DNA of 40,410 bases from Gammaproteobacteria bacterium (GTDB taxonomy: Bacteria > Pseudomonadota > Gammaproteobacteria > Eutrophobiales > Eutrophobiaceae). A program made the translations under genes and the position numbers. Within the stretch, counting starts at the first letter, position 1. Each line of letters begins with the position of its first letter. Location: positions 1-40,410 of the forward strand of contig JBFIJV010000002.1 of the NCBI GenBank assembly GCA_041600575.1, written 5' to 3'. A model generated the notes under the pieces. That model was not told the DNA's origin. It ran no database searches and saw only the letters and a list, made by a program, of their open reading frames with translations. Positions 9,288 to 18,539 of the stretch are shown piece by piece.

Positions 9288-10256
9288 TTAAGTATTGAAT
9301 CTACAAACTTTATTGCGTCCGGAATTTTTTGCTTTATACATTGCCTTGTCGGCAGCATCTATAAGTTTGTTCGGATTGTCATGATCCGACATCTCGGCCA
9401 CGCCAACGGAAATGGTTGCGCCAGGTAGTAATTTTCCCTCTTTATCAATTATTTTGGTTTTACTGATTGCTTCACGCAGCCGCTCTGCAATAGTCAGAGT
9501 CGCGTCGATATTCAATCCGGGTAATAGAGCAAATAATTCCTCTCCACCATAGCGGGTAACAAGGTCTTCCGGTCGTAAATGTTGAATAATAGTTTGCGAT
9601 ATTGTGTGCAATGCGATGTCACCGGCCAGATGCCCATTTTTATCATTATAGTCTTTGAAATTATCGACATCGATCATCATTACCGATAGCCCCGTATTAT
9701 TTTTATGACAACGTTGCATGATACGGACGAACATATTATCGAGCCAGCGACGATTATAAAGACTGGTGAGCGCATCAACGGTTGCATTATGTTCATATTC
9801 TTTAAGGAGGCCCTTGATTTTTTTAATTACAGAATTGCCATGGCGTAATCGCCTTGATAATACTGCAAGTATATTATTCGCAATAGCATGTGAACTGCCA
9901 ATCAATGACCACATCACATCTTCTTCAATGACGAGCACCCTTGAATCTTGAGTCGCCGTCACATAAGCGGATGCAGGCTGATGATCAATTATCGCAATCT
10001 CGCCGATACTTTGTCCGGGACCAAGCACTATGATCGGGTCAATGTTTTCGGCTAACAGATGTACGTTGAATTCACCGGAGAGGATTAAATAAACATGGGT
10101 ATTTGTTTCACCTGACTTCACCAGTATTTCATCTTTGGAAACAAGTCGTGTAATGCAATCGGAAAGCAATGGTAAGGCGGAACTAAAAAGGACGTTGTTA
10201 AATAATTCCTGATCTTTAATATCAGCACTGCTAATTGGATGTTGATGACCTTGCAT
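9288..10256 (-). CDS. Diguanylate cyclase with an N-terminal cyclic-nucleotide-binding (CAP_ED-like) domain
   Basis: The N-terminal half looks like a cNMP-binding fold (GETNTHVYLILSGEF...GPGQSIGEIAII). The C-terminal GGDEF domain shows DALTSLYNRR, IDVDNFKDYND and RPEDLVTRYGGEELFALLP, that is an RxxD I-site plus a GGEEL active-site variant. Confidence 0.85.
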   Translation of the reverse strand: MQGHQHPISSADIKDQELFNNVLFSSALPLLSDCITRLVSKDEILVKSGETNTHVYLILSGEFNVHLLAENIDPIIVLGPGQSIGEIAIIDHQPASAYVTATQDSRVLVIEEDVMWSLIGSSHAIANNILAVLSRRLRHGNSVIKKIKGLLKEYEHNATVDALTSLYNRRWLDNMFVRIMQRCHKNNTGLSVMMIDVDNFKDYNDKNGHLAGDIALHTISQTIIQHLRPEDLVTRYGGEELFALLPGLNIDATLTIAERLREAISKTKIIDKEGKLLPGATISVGVAEMSDHDNPNKLIDAADKAMYKAKNSGRNKVCRFNT

Positions 10257-10260
10257 AATA

Positions 10261-12261
10261 TTATTTAGTTTCTATTGATAGAGGTCTATTGGGCCTGAAT
10301 GATCTTATCGCTTTTTTCAATTGTGACAGTTTGTCATAGTTGGAGCGGTAACGAATATAAACATATAGATCCGTTATAGCCTGTATGTCTTTACCATGCT
10401 CTTTTCCCTCGAAGGTCAATCTTTTCGCATAATCAATTGGGCCTTCATATGATTTTCTGGGTAACCCGGCCCGCGCCATTTTATTACAAAATAGATCATA
10501 ATATTTCTTCGCCGGGTCGCGAGATACGGGCCTTTTTGTGAACATGTAAACTGCTATTGCAGAAACAATAATACCGATAAAAAACAACAAGAGCAGGGTT
10601 AATTCTTTCCAGTCTATATCATCGAACCCCAGTTTTTGCAGGAAAAGTTTTTGTCTTTCGGGGCTGTATCCCAGAACCCATTGCGCCCATTGGTAGTTGA
10701 TCATATCAACAGTGTTACGAATTTGTTGCCAAAAACGAACCGCAGTAGCGTTGTTCTTTAGTCCCAGGGGAATATCTATAATGGCTTCAGGTATTGAACT
10801 TTCAATTCCCTCACTCAGTCTTGATGGTGAAACAATTGAGGTAGGATCAATTCGAATCCAGCCTTTTTCATCGAGCCAAACTTCTGTCCACGCATGAGCA
10901 TGGTGTTGTCTTATGATTAAATAATTGCCGACCGGATTTATTTCTCCACCCAGATAACCGGTTACCACCCGCGCCGGGATTCCGGCGGCACGCATAAGAA
11001 TAGTAAAAGCAGACGCGTAGTGTTCACAAAATCCTTGCCGTGTATCAAACAAAAATTCATCAACCATATCGCCCGTCATGAGTGGCGGGTTTAATGTATA
11101 GATAAAATTTTTCTGTTTTAACCATTCAATAGCAGCATTGAGAATCAATTCAGGGTCAGCAAAGTCGTTTTTTAATTTTGACGCGAGCGCTCTCGTTCGG
11201 GGGTGATTGAGTTCCGGCAGTATTAACCCACGCTGTAAATCTTTATCATCTTCTGTCCAATGCCTGTAGCTGCTATGTGAAGTCAAGCTATATGCCTTTC
11301 GCGCACGAACAGGTTCACGGGATTTTAATTGAAGGTCATACGTCAGGTAGGTCTTGTCCGGGAGGTTGGATATCATCTCAAGACCAAACAACCATTTTTT
11401 ATTAGTAGGCTCAATAGTGACATTATAGTTGATTGAATCACCTGTAAATTCGATTTGTTCGTGACGTCGGCTTGAGTCGGCTTTGCCCGTTGTCCATTTT
11501 CGACCATCTGTTTGCCAGAGAACCGGGCCACGCCAATATAGTTTCGATTGGTTCGGGATCTGATCAGCGAAGCTTACCCGAAAAGCGACTTCTCTGGATT
11601 GTACAAGTTTACTGATAGTACCCGGCGACATCTGATCATCGATTCCGGTAACACCGGTAAACGCATCTTTAGGAATACCCCACAAAGGGCCATTGACTCG
11701 TGGAAACAGGATAAACAGGATTAACAGGATAGGAATGGATTGTATCAACAACGTTGATGATAGTTTCAGGCGTTCAGGCAAATTGAGTTGTTGTTCAGTA
11801 TCATTAAAATTAATTAATCCTGCGGTCATGATTATCATGACAAAGAGCATGTATGTTGCTGTTGGAATAGTTTGACTATAAAAAAAGTTTGTAATGATCA
11901 GAAAGTAACCAAGATAGGTGCAGATATAAAAGTCTCGTTTAGAGTTACTTTCAAAAATTTTAAGCGCTGCCAGCATAACTAATAGCGCAATACCTACATC
12001 ACGCCCGGCCAGGGTTCCATAACTTCCATATACACCGAAAACACCAGCAAGCATAATGATTAAACGGATGATATTGATGCTCGATTTTTGATTTGACCAG
12101 AGTAGCGGTAAACGAAGTGGAAGAATAATACGGATAGCCAGTAATCCCACATGCAATGCCGGGATCCAGATTGGTAAACGTTGCCAATGAGGAAAACTGG
12201 CCAGTGCAATGCCTATGACGAGCCATGTGATTTTATTAATATCCAGCTCTTGTTTAATCAT
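10261..12261 (-). CDS. tgpA: TgpA-like membrane transglutaminase (polytopic N-terminal domain plus transglutaminase core)
   Basis: About 6 N-terminal transmembrane helices. Transglutaminase core with catalytic Cys (RQGFCEHYASAF) and downstream HAWTEVW...IRIDPT (His/Asp). A C-terminal transmembrane helix. It follows the MoxR and DUF58 genes, as in the Pseudomonas aeruginosa tgpA locus. Confidence 0.85.
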   Translation of the reverse strand: MIKQELDINKITWLVIGIALASFPHWQRLPIWIPALHVGLLAIRIILPLRLPLLWSNQKSSINIIRLIIMLAGVFGVYGSYGTLAGRDVGIALLVMLAALKIFESNSKRDFYICTYLGYFLIITNFFYSQTIPTATYMLFVMIIMTAGLINFNDTEQQLNLPERLKLSSTLLIQSIPILLILFILFPRVNGPLWGIPKDAFTGVTGIDDQMSPGTISKLVQSREVAFRVSFADQIPNQSKLYWRGPVLWQTDGRKWTTGKADSSRRHEQIEFTGDSINYNVTIEPTNKKWLFGLEMISNLPDKTYLTYDLQLKSREPVRARKAYSLTSHSSYRHWTEDDKDLQRGLILPELNHPRTRALASKLKNDFADPELILNAAIEWLKQKNFIYTLNPPLMTGDMVDEFLFDTRQGFCEHYASAFTILMRAAGIPARVVTGYLGGEINPVGNYLIIRQHHAHAWTEVWLDEKGWIRIDPTSIVSPSRLSEGIESSIPEAIIDIPLGLKNNATAVRFWQQIRNTVDMINYQWAQWVLGYSPERQKLFLQKLGFDDIDWKELTLLLLFFIGIIVSAIAVYMFTKRPVSRDPAKKYYDLFCNKMARAGLPRKSYEGPIDYAKRLTFEGKEHGKDIQAITDLYVYIRYRSNYDKLSQLKKAIRSFRPNRPLSIETK

Positions 12262-12263
12262 CG

Positions 12264-13286
12264 CTATTTACCGTAACGTGCCAATGCTTCCAGGCAGCGT
12301 TCTTTGTGATGAGAACCATGTCCGGGTTCAATCACGGTGCCGGGGATCTCTAGTCCATAGTGGATGGATGCCGTATCAGCGAGCAATATCCAAAAACATA
12401 ATTGTGATAATCGCGATTCAATATCACTAAGCTGTGAAACACTATCCCAATTGAGAATTAATATTTGTGAGCCCTTGCCACTGAATTGCTTGACCAGCAA
12501 GCCTTGCTCTCTGGCAAACACCTTCCATGCGATTGAATTAACCGGATCGCCAGCCCTGTATTTTCTAAAGCCGGAGAAATCATCAGTGCCCGCTTGTGTT
12601 CCGTAGTCGATATTTAGTTCATGCAATGTGTTTAACGGCAGTTGTTTATGTCCTTTAGGTGCGGGATAAACCAGACATTCAAAATCGGGTTTGTAATAAG
12701 CCCATGCGCTAAAGATGCCTAATGGAAAATTGGTTGAGATTTTCAGGCGTTCTAACATTAATACGCCACGACTATTCGTTTGTATTGGATAATGACAGGT
12801 CGATTGTTTGCCTGCTTCAAGCCCCATAGAAACTATTGGCTGTTCAGTTTTTTTTCTAAATAATTTTTTTCTTGTGTCGTGACATTCCAGTTTTATTGAA
12901 AATCTTGCTGCACCAGCACGGTTGTCGAGTTGTATAGGGAAGAGTGCTTGTTGTCCGACAAATACGGCTTTAGGTTTGGTTGACGTTAGTATCAGGCCAG
13001 TCAGGTTTCGATAAGTATGTAACATACAGACCAACCCCAGGCTTGCCAGGAGAAAGCAGAGCACAAAGGCCATATTGTTGTTGTAGTTTATGGCGCCTAA
13101 TAACATGACAATGAGCATCAATCCATAGAGCCAGCCTTGAGCAGTAGGGAAGATATAAACACGTTGGCGCTTAAATTGATTGGCTGGAATACCTGTGTTG
13201 CCGGAAGCATCGGCAGGTGCACGTTCCAACACAACGGGTATCGCCATCAGGCCCCCTTTAAAAAAATTAAATCTTACTGCCATCAA
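12264..13286 (-). CDS. DUF58-family protein (vWA-like partner of MoxR ATPases)
   Basis: Two N-terminal transmembrane helices and a DUF58-like core (DDFSGFRKYRAGDPVNSIAWK). It is sandwiched between moxR and tgpA with 2-nt gaps. The start could instead be an internal Met. Confidence 0.8.
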   Translation of the reverse strand: MMAVRFNFFKGGLMAIPVVLERAPADASGNTGIPANQFKRQRVYIFPTAQGWLYGLMLIVMLLGAINYNNNMAFVLCFLLASLGLVCMLHTYRNLTGLILTSTKPKAVFVGQQALFPIQLDNRAGAARFSIKLECHDTRKKLFRKKTEQPIVSMGLEAGKQSTCHYPIQTNSRGVLMLERLKISTNFPLGIFSAWAYYKPDFECLVYPAPKGHKQLPLNTLHELNIDYGTQAGTDDFSGFRKYRAGDPVNSIAWKVFAREQGLLVKQFSGKGSQILILNWDSVSQLSDIESRLSQLCFWILLADTASIHYGLEIPGTVIEPGHGSHHKERCLEALARYGK

Positions 13287-13288
13287 CC

Positions 13289-14245
13289 TTAAGGTATAGG
13301 AACGTTCTGAATTAAATGTTCGGCTGGCTGCAAAGCTTCTTTGTCAGAAACTTCATAATTAAACTGAAGACGATGTCCAATAACGCCAGGCAATATTGCC
13401 TGTATATCTTCAGGTAATACATGTTCATGTGCGTGTAACAGAGCCCATGCCTTTGCGGCACTTAGAATGGCCAATCCTGCACGCGGTGATAAACCATGTG
13501 AGTAATTGCCCGAGGTGCGACTAAACTCAAGTAAGTTTTGTAAATAATCAAGAATGGCATCTGCAACGTGTACGTGCACCAGTTGTTTTTGCAGTTGTAT
13601 TAATTCTGTGCCTGATAGAACAGCTTCAGTATCTTCCAGCAATTGTTTTCTGTCTTTACCATTTAGTAACTCGCGCTCTGCAACATTGTCTGGATAACCT
13701 AATTCTATCCGCATCAGAAAACGATCCAGTTGTGATTCGGGTAATGCAAATGTGCCGACCTGATTCATCGGGTTTTGGGTGGCAATCACAAAAAACGGTT
13801 CCGGCAAGGACCTTGTTTCGTTATCTGTTGTGACCTGATACTCAGCCATGGCTTCGAGTAATGCACTTTGCGTTCTTGGTGTTGCTCTATTGATCTCATC
13901 GGCTAACAGCACGTTGGAAAAGACCGGGCCCTGATGAAAATCAAATTTATTAGTATCGCGGTTATATACTGATACACCCAGGATATCTGCTGGTAGTAAG
14001 TCGCTAGTGAACTGTATGCGTTGGTATTGTAAACCCATTACTTTAGCAAGCGTGTGTGCCAGTGTTGTCTTGCCAACGCCGGGTGTGTCTTCAATTAACA
14101 GATGACCCCTGGCAATCATGCAGGCTATGGCAAGTTTAATCGCATTATTTTTGCCCAGAATAATTTTGCTAATTGCGTTGATGACATTATCAAGCTTAAT
14201 AATGTTAGCTGAAGCAGAATTAATATCTTCTGTCATGTTCATCAT
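13289..14245 (-). CDS. MoxR-family AAA+ ATPase
   Basis: Walker A (EDTPGVGKTTLA), Walker B (LLADEINRA) and sensor motif (ATQNP), in a 318 aa protein typical of MoxR. Its start overlaps the pmbA stop (TAATG at 14245). Confidence 0.9.
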   Translation of the reverse strand: MMNMTEDINSASANIIKLDNVINAISKIILGKNNAIKLAIACMIARGHLLIEDTPGVGKTTLAHTLAKVMGLQYQRIQFTSDLLPADILGVSVYNRDTNKFDFHQGPVFSNVLLADEINRATPRTQSALLEAMAEYQVTTDNETRSLPEPFFVIATQNPMNQVGTFALPESQLDRFLMRIELGYPDNVAERELLNGKDRKQLLEDTEAVLSGTELIQLQKQLVHVHVADAILDYLQNLLEFSRTSGNYSHGLSPRAGLAILSAAKAWALLHAHEHVLPEDIQAILPGVIGHRLQFNYEVSDKEALQPAEHLIQNVPIP

Positions 14246-15594
14246 TATTCCCCGGCTACGGTCAATCCATCGATCATGACAGATCCGGTTAACACGTTTC
14301 CTCTTGGATCAACGTCATTACCAATACTGATAATATTTTTATACATGTCGATTAAATTTCCGGCCACGGTTATTTCTTCAACAGGATAAACCAGTTCACC
14401 ATTCTCCACCCAAAACCCCGACGCACCTCGTGAGTAATCACCGGTGACCTGATTGACGCCAAAACCGATCATGTCGGTAATCAACAGTCCCGTGCCCATA
14501 GCTTTGACCATCTTGTCCAGATCGTCCGGCCCCGTTTCTATGACAAGGTTATGCACGCCGCCGGCATTACCGGTGGTTTGTAATCCGAGTTTTCGTGCCG
14601 AGTAACCACTTAACACATAATCTTGTAGTATGCCGTCTTTGATAATATCGCGATCTCTGGTGGCAACACCATCATTATCAAACGGGGCACTACCCAATGC
14701 CTTTTTAATATGTGGCTGTTCTCTTATATTGATATGGTCTGCAAAAACCTGCTCACCTTTCTTATCAAGTAAAAAACTGGCACGTCGATAAAGACTACCG
14801 CCGGAGATGGCCGTAATGAAGGCAGAAAAAATACCTGAAGCAACGGGTGCTTCAAAAATGACTGGTATCTGTCGTGTCGATAACTTTCGTGCGCCTAATC
14901 GAGATACTGTTCTTCTTGCCGCTTCTTTGCTGATCGCACTAATTGATTCCAGTTCATTAAAATCACGCGTTTTGCTATACCAGCCATCCCGCTGCATTCC
15001 ATTTTTGTCTTCAGCGATGACAGTACAATCAATAGTGTGGCTAGACCATTTCCAGCCATCGATAAAACCATTGCTGTTGCCATAAAGGTTTATGCCCGAA
15101 TAGGTGCTAACGACAGAACCATCTGAATTCGATATACGTTTATCACAGGCAAATGCGGCCTGTTCACATTCAATGGCCATATTAATCGCAGCTTCAGGAG
15201 AAATAGACCAGGGATGGTAAAGGTCAAGATCCGGTACCTCTTTTGCCATCAACTCAGGTTCGACCAGACCGGCACATTCATCGCGACTGGCATACCTGGC
15301 AATATTGACTGCGGCTTGCACGGCATCTTTTAATGCGGCTTCACTAAAGTCCGAAGTGCTTGAGTTGCCTTTTTGTCCGTCGATATAGACGGTAATTCCA
15401 AGCCCCTTGTCGCGTTCATACTCAAGTTTATCAATTTCCCCTTTGCGCACATTGGCAGATAGACCTGCACCGGCACCAACATCAGCCTCCGCAGTGCTGG
15501 CGCCCATTGCTTTCGCCTGCGTCAAGACTGAGTCTATGATACGAATAAGTTCTTCACGGTTATCTGATAATGCGTTTGTATTCATGGCTTCCAT
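14245..15594 (-). CDS. pmbA: PmbA/TldE metalloprotease component
   Basis: A 449 aa protein with end-to-end resemblance to PmbA (C-terminal GDYSRGASGFWVENGE...PVEEITVAGN). Confidence 0.88.
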   Translation of the reverse strand: MEAMNTNALSDNREELIRIIDSVLTQAKAMGASTAEADVGAGAGLSANVRKGEIDKLEYERDKGLGITVYIDGQKGNSSTSDFSEAALKDAVQAAVNIARYASRDECAGLVEPELMAKEVPDLDLYHPWSISPEAAINMAIECEQAAFACDKRISNSDGSVVSTYSGINLYGNSNGFIDGWKWSSHTIDCTVIAEDKNGMQRDGWYSKTRDFNELESISAISKEAARRTVSRLGARKLSTRQIPVIFEAPVASGIFSAFITAISGGSLYRRASFLLDKKGEQVFADHINIREQPHIKKALGSAPFDNDGVATRDRDIIKDGILQDYVLSGYSARKLGLQTTGNAGGVHNLVIETGPDDLDKMVKAMGTGLLITDMIGFGVNQVTGDYSRGASGFWVENGELVYPVEEITVAGNLIDMYKNIISIGNDVDPRGNVLTGSVMIDGLTVAGE

Positions 15595-15692
15595 AGTTAT
15601 TGTTTGCTTTGAAATTAACTATTCTAACATTCAGGTCAATTCATTCAGTACTTTAATTCAATAGTCTGATGCTTTTGCGTACAATCCGTTCC

Positions 15693-17858
15693 ATGGATAT
15701 ATCTCATGTACTTGACCCCTTAAACAGCAATCAACGTGAAGCAGTTGGTGCTCCTGCAGGCAATTTATTGGTATTGGCCGGAGCTGGCAGTGGCAAAACC
15801 AGGGTATTGGTGCACCGAATTGCCTGGTATATAGAAACTGGTCAGGCAAGCCCCTACAGCATTATGGCTGTGACCTTCACCAATAAGGCTGCTGCAGAGA
15901 TGCGTAGCCGTATTGAGAATTTATTAGGACAATCAATTCGCGGCATGTGGGTCGGCACCTTTCATGGCCTTGCGCATCGCCTATTACGCGCACATTGGCA
16001 AGAAGCGAATTTGTCTCAAAATTTTCAAATCCTTGATAGTGAGGATCAATATCGCACGATACGCCGTTTAATTCGTTCGATGATGCTGGATGAATCGCAA
16101 TATCCACCAAGAGAAGCGCAATGGTTTATCAATGCGCGCAAGGATGAAGGTCTAAGACCGGAACATATCGATGATCATGGTGACATGACAACAGCGCAGA
16201 TGGTTCAGATCTACAAGACTTACCAGGAAGCCTGCGAACGATCGGGTCTGGTTGATTTTGCCGAGTTGTTATTACGGACCTTTGAATTATTTCGCGAACA
16301 GGGTGCGATTCGTGAACATTATCAACACCGGTTTAAACATGTATTAGTCGATGAGTTTCAAGACACTAATACATTGCAATATAGTTGGTTACGGTTGTTG
16401 GTAGGTAAAGACAGTACGCTATTTGCTGTGGGTGATGACGATCAATCTATCTATAGCTGGCGTGGTGCCCGCGTTGAAAACATGCAGGCGTTTGAGCGCG
16501 ACTTTCATGACACGAAACTGTTGAAACTCGAACAAAATTATCGTTCAACCGCAACTATTCTAAAAGCGGCGAATAAACTTATCTCAAATAATAATGCGCG
16601 CCTGGGTAAAGATCTGTGGACCGATGGTGAAGATGGTGATCGCATTGGTATTTACATGGCCTATAACGAAACCGATGAAGCGCGTTATGTGATTGATCAG
16701 ATCAGACAGGCCCCTGACCAAGGTAAGGTGTTTAATGATTATGCCATCCTGTACCGGGTCAGTGCCCAGTCACGTGTTATTGAAGAAGCGTTAATGCAGG
16801 CGCGTATTCCTTATCGAGTATACGGCGGTATGCGATTTTATGAACGCGCCGAGATCAAAGATGCACTTGCCTATGTACGCCTGGCCCGTTTCCGCGATGA
16901 TGATGCTTCATTTGAACGAATTATCAATACGCCGACACGTGGTATTGGCAATCGTACTATTGAAGAGTTACGCACTACTGCGCGAAGAGATAATTGTTCT
17001 TTGTGGCAGGCTGCGCAGCATGTTATTGAACATAAGCTACTCAGTGCCCGCGCCATTAATGCGCTCGAACACTTTGTAACCCTGATTCAAAAAATGTCGG
17101 GAGCAGAATCTGAATCAACCTTGAATGAACATGTTGATCAGGTGATTAAATTAAGTGGTTTAATTGAACACTTTAAAAAAGAGAAAGGCGAAAAAGGGCT
17201 GGCACGGATTGAGAACCTGGAAGAACTGGTCACGGCGGCCGGTGAATTTGAGATTGGTGATGATGAAGAGCTGGCTGAGATGGACGCCCTATCCGCCTTT
17301 ATGGCGCATGCCGCACTCGAGTCCGGTGAGACACAAGCAGGTGATAGCTCGGATTGTGTACATATGATGACCTTGCATTCAGCAAAAGGTCTGGAGTTTC
17401 CCGATGTCTATTTAGTGGGCATGGAAGAAGGGTTGTTTCCACATCAACGCAGTAGTGAAGATTTGATACAACTCGAAGAAGAGCGTCGACTTTGTTATGT
17501 TGGGATAACGCGCGCGAAAAAAACACTGACATTAACGCATGCACAGCATCGTCGTATGCACGGTTCAGACTATTATCCGCAACCGTCACGCTTTATCGAT
17601 GAAATACCTTCCGAATTACTCAACGATATTCGACTCGGAGGTAGCGTAACAGAATCATTGTTTAGCAAGAGTTATGAAAAATCTCCCAATGACGATGGTT
17701 CGCTGTCTCTGGGGCAACGCGTCTCGCATGCCAAGTTTGGTGAAGGGGTGGTGCTTAATCTTGAAGGCAGTGGTGGTCATATGCGCATTCAAGTCAATTT
17801 TGAACATGCAGGCTGTAAGTGGCTAGTAGCAAGTTATGCAAACCTTCAACCAGCTTGA
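15693..17858 (+). CDS. uvrD: DNA helicase II
   Basis: [45 protein letters not shown] is nearly identical in pattern to E. coli UvrD ([45 protein letters not shown]). The resemblance is collinear through the C-terminal KFGEG motif. I chose the ATG at 15693 over the ORF-track start at 15669 on the basis of this alignment. Confidence 0.93.
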   Translation: [721 protein letters not shown]

Positions 17859-17924
17859 GTATCGCGTTACAGTTCTGCTTCAAATCATCATTTAAAAATT
17901 AATTAGAAATTCAAAGGTAAAATT

Positions 17925-18479
17925 ATGGCGTCACCAAAAGAAGATATTATTGAACATTACAAATCGTTTTTTGCAGGGCATGACTCTGAAATTCTGACCT
18001 GGGACTCAGGTCCAATTAAGGAGATTATTCCTGAATTTGAAGTTATTCGATTTTCGCCTGGCGAAAAAAGTAACCTGTGGGTGTACTGTTCGGTTGGGGC
18101 ATCAAAAATTCAACACGAAGATTCTGGCTTGTATGAGTTTATGATTATTTCCCCATCCGAAAACATGCGAATGGTTGAGATGTTAGCAATGGCAATCTAC
18201 TATCACTCGCTGCATGGACTTCAATATGCCGATACAGTCGCTATTGGCGAGCCCTGGGTAGAAGGATCTACCTGTAATAATTGGTTAGTGTCGTTGCCAT
18301 ATCCCTTTGATCAAACGCTTGAGATGATTCCGCACAATCATGCGCGTCTGGCCTGGTTATTACCTATTACCAGTCAAGAATGTGAATTCATAACGGAAAA
18401 CTCGCTTGAAGCGCTTGAACAACAATTTGACGAAGTAAATTTAAAATATTGGCAGATTGACAGAGTTTCAGTGGTGTGA
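17925..18479 (+). CDS. SUFU-like (suppressor-of-fused domain) protein
   Basis: A 184 aa cytoplasmic protein. Its pattern (FEVIRFSPGEKSNLWVYCSVGAS ... LAMAIYYH ... GEPW ... WLLPITSQE) resembles bacterial SUFU-domain proteins. The call rests on memory of the family only. Confidence 0.55.
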   Translation: MASPKEDIIEHYKSFFAGHDSEILTWDSGPIKEIIPEFEVIRFSPGEKSNLWVYCSVGASKIQHEDSGLYEFMIISPSENMRMVEMLAMAIYYHSLHGLQYADTVAIGEPWVEGSTCNNWLVSLPYPFDQTLEMIPHNHARLAWLLPITSQECEFITENSLEALEQQFDEVNLKYWQIDRVSVV

Positions 18480-18539
18480 ATTAGAGATTAAAAACTTAAT
18501 GACTGGCAAACAGGATTTGCTTAAGGCGAAAATAAAATT

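Noticed and set aside
15595-15692. LexA/SOS box upstream of uvrD
   Set aside because: I found no CTG-N10-CAG palindrome in the divergent pmbA/uvrD promoter region.
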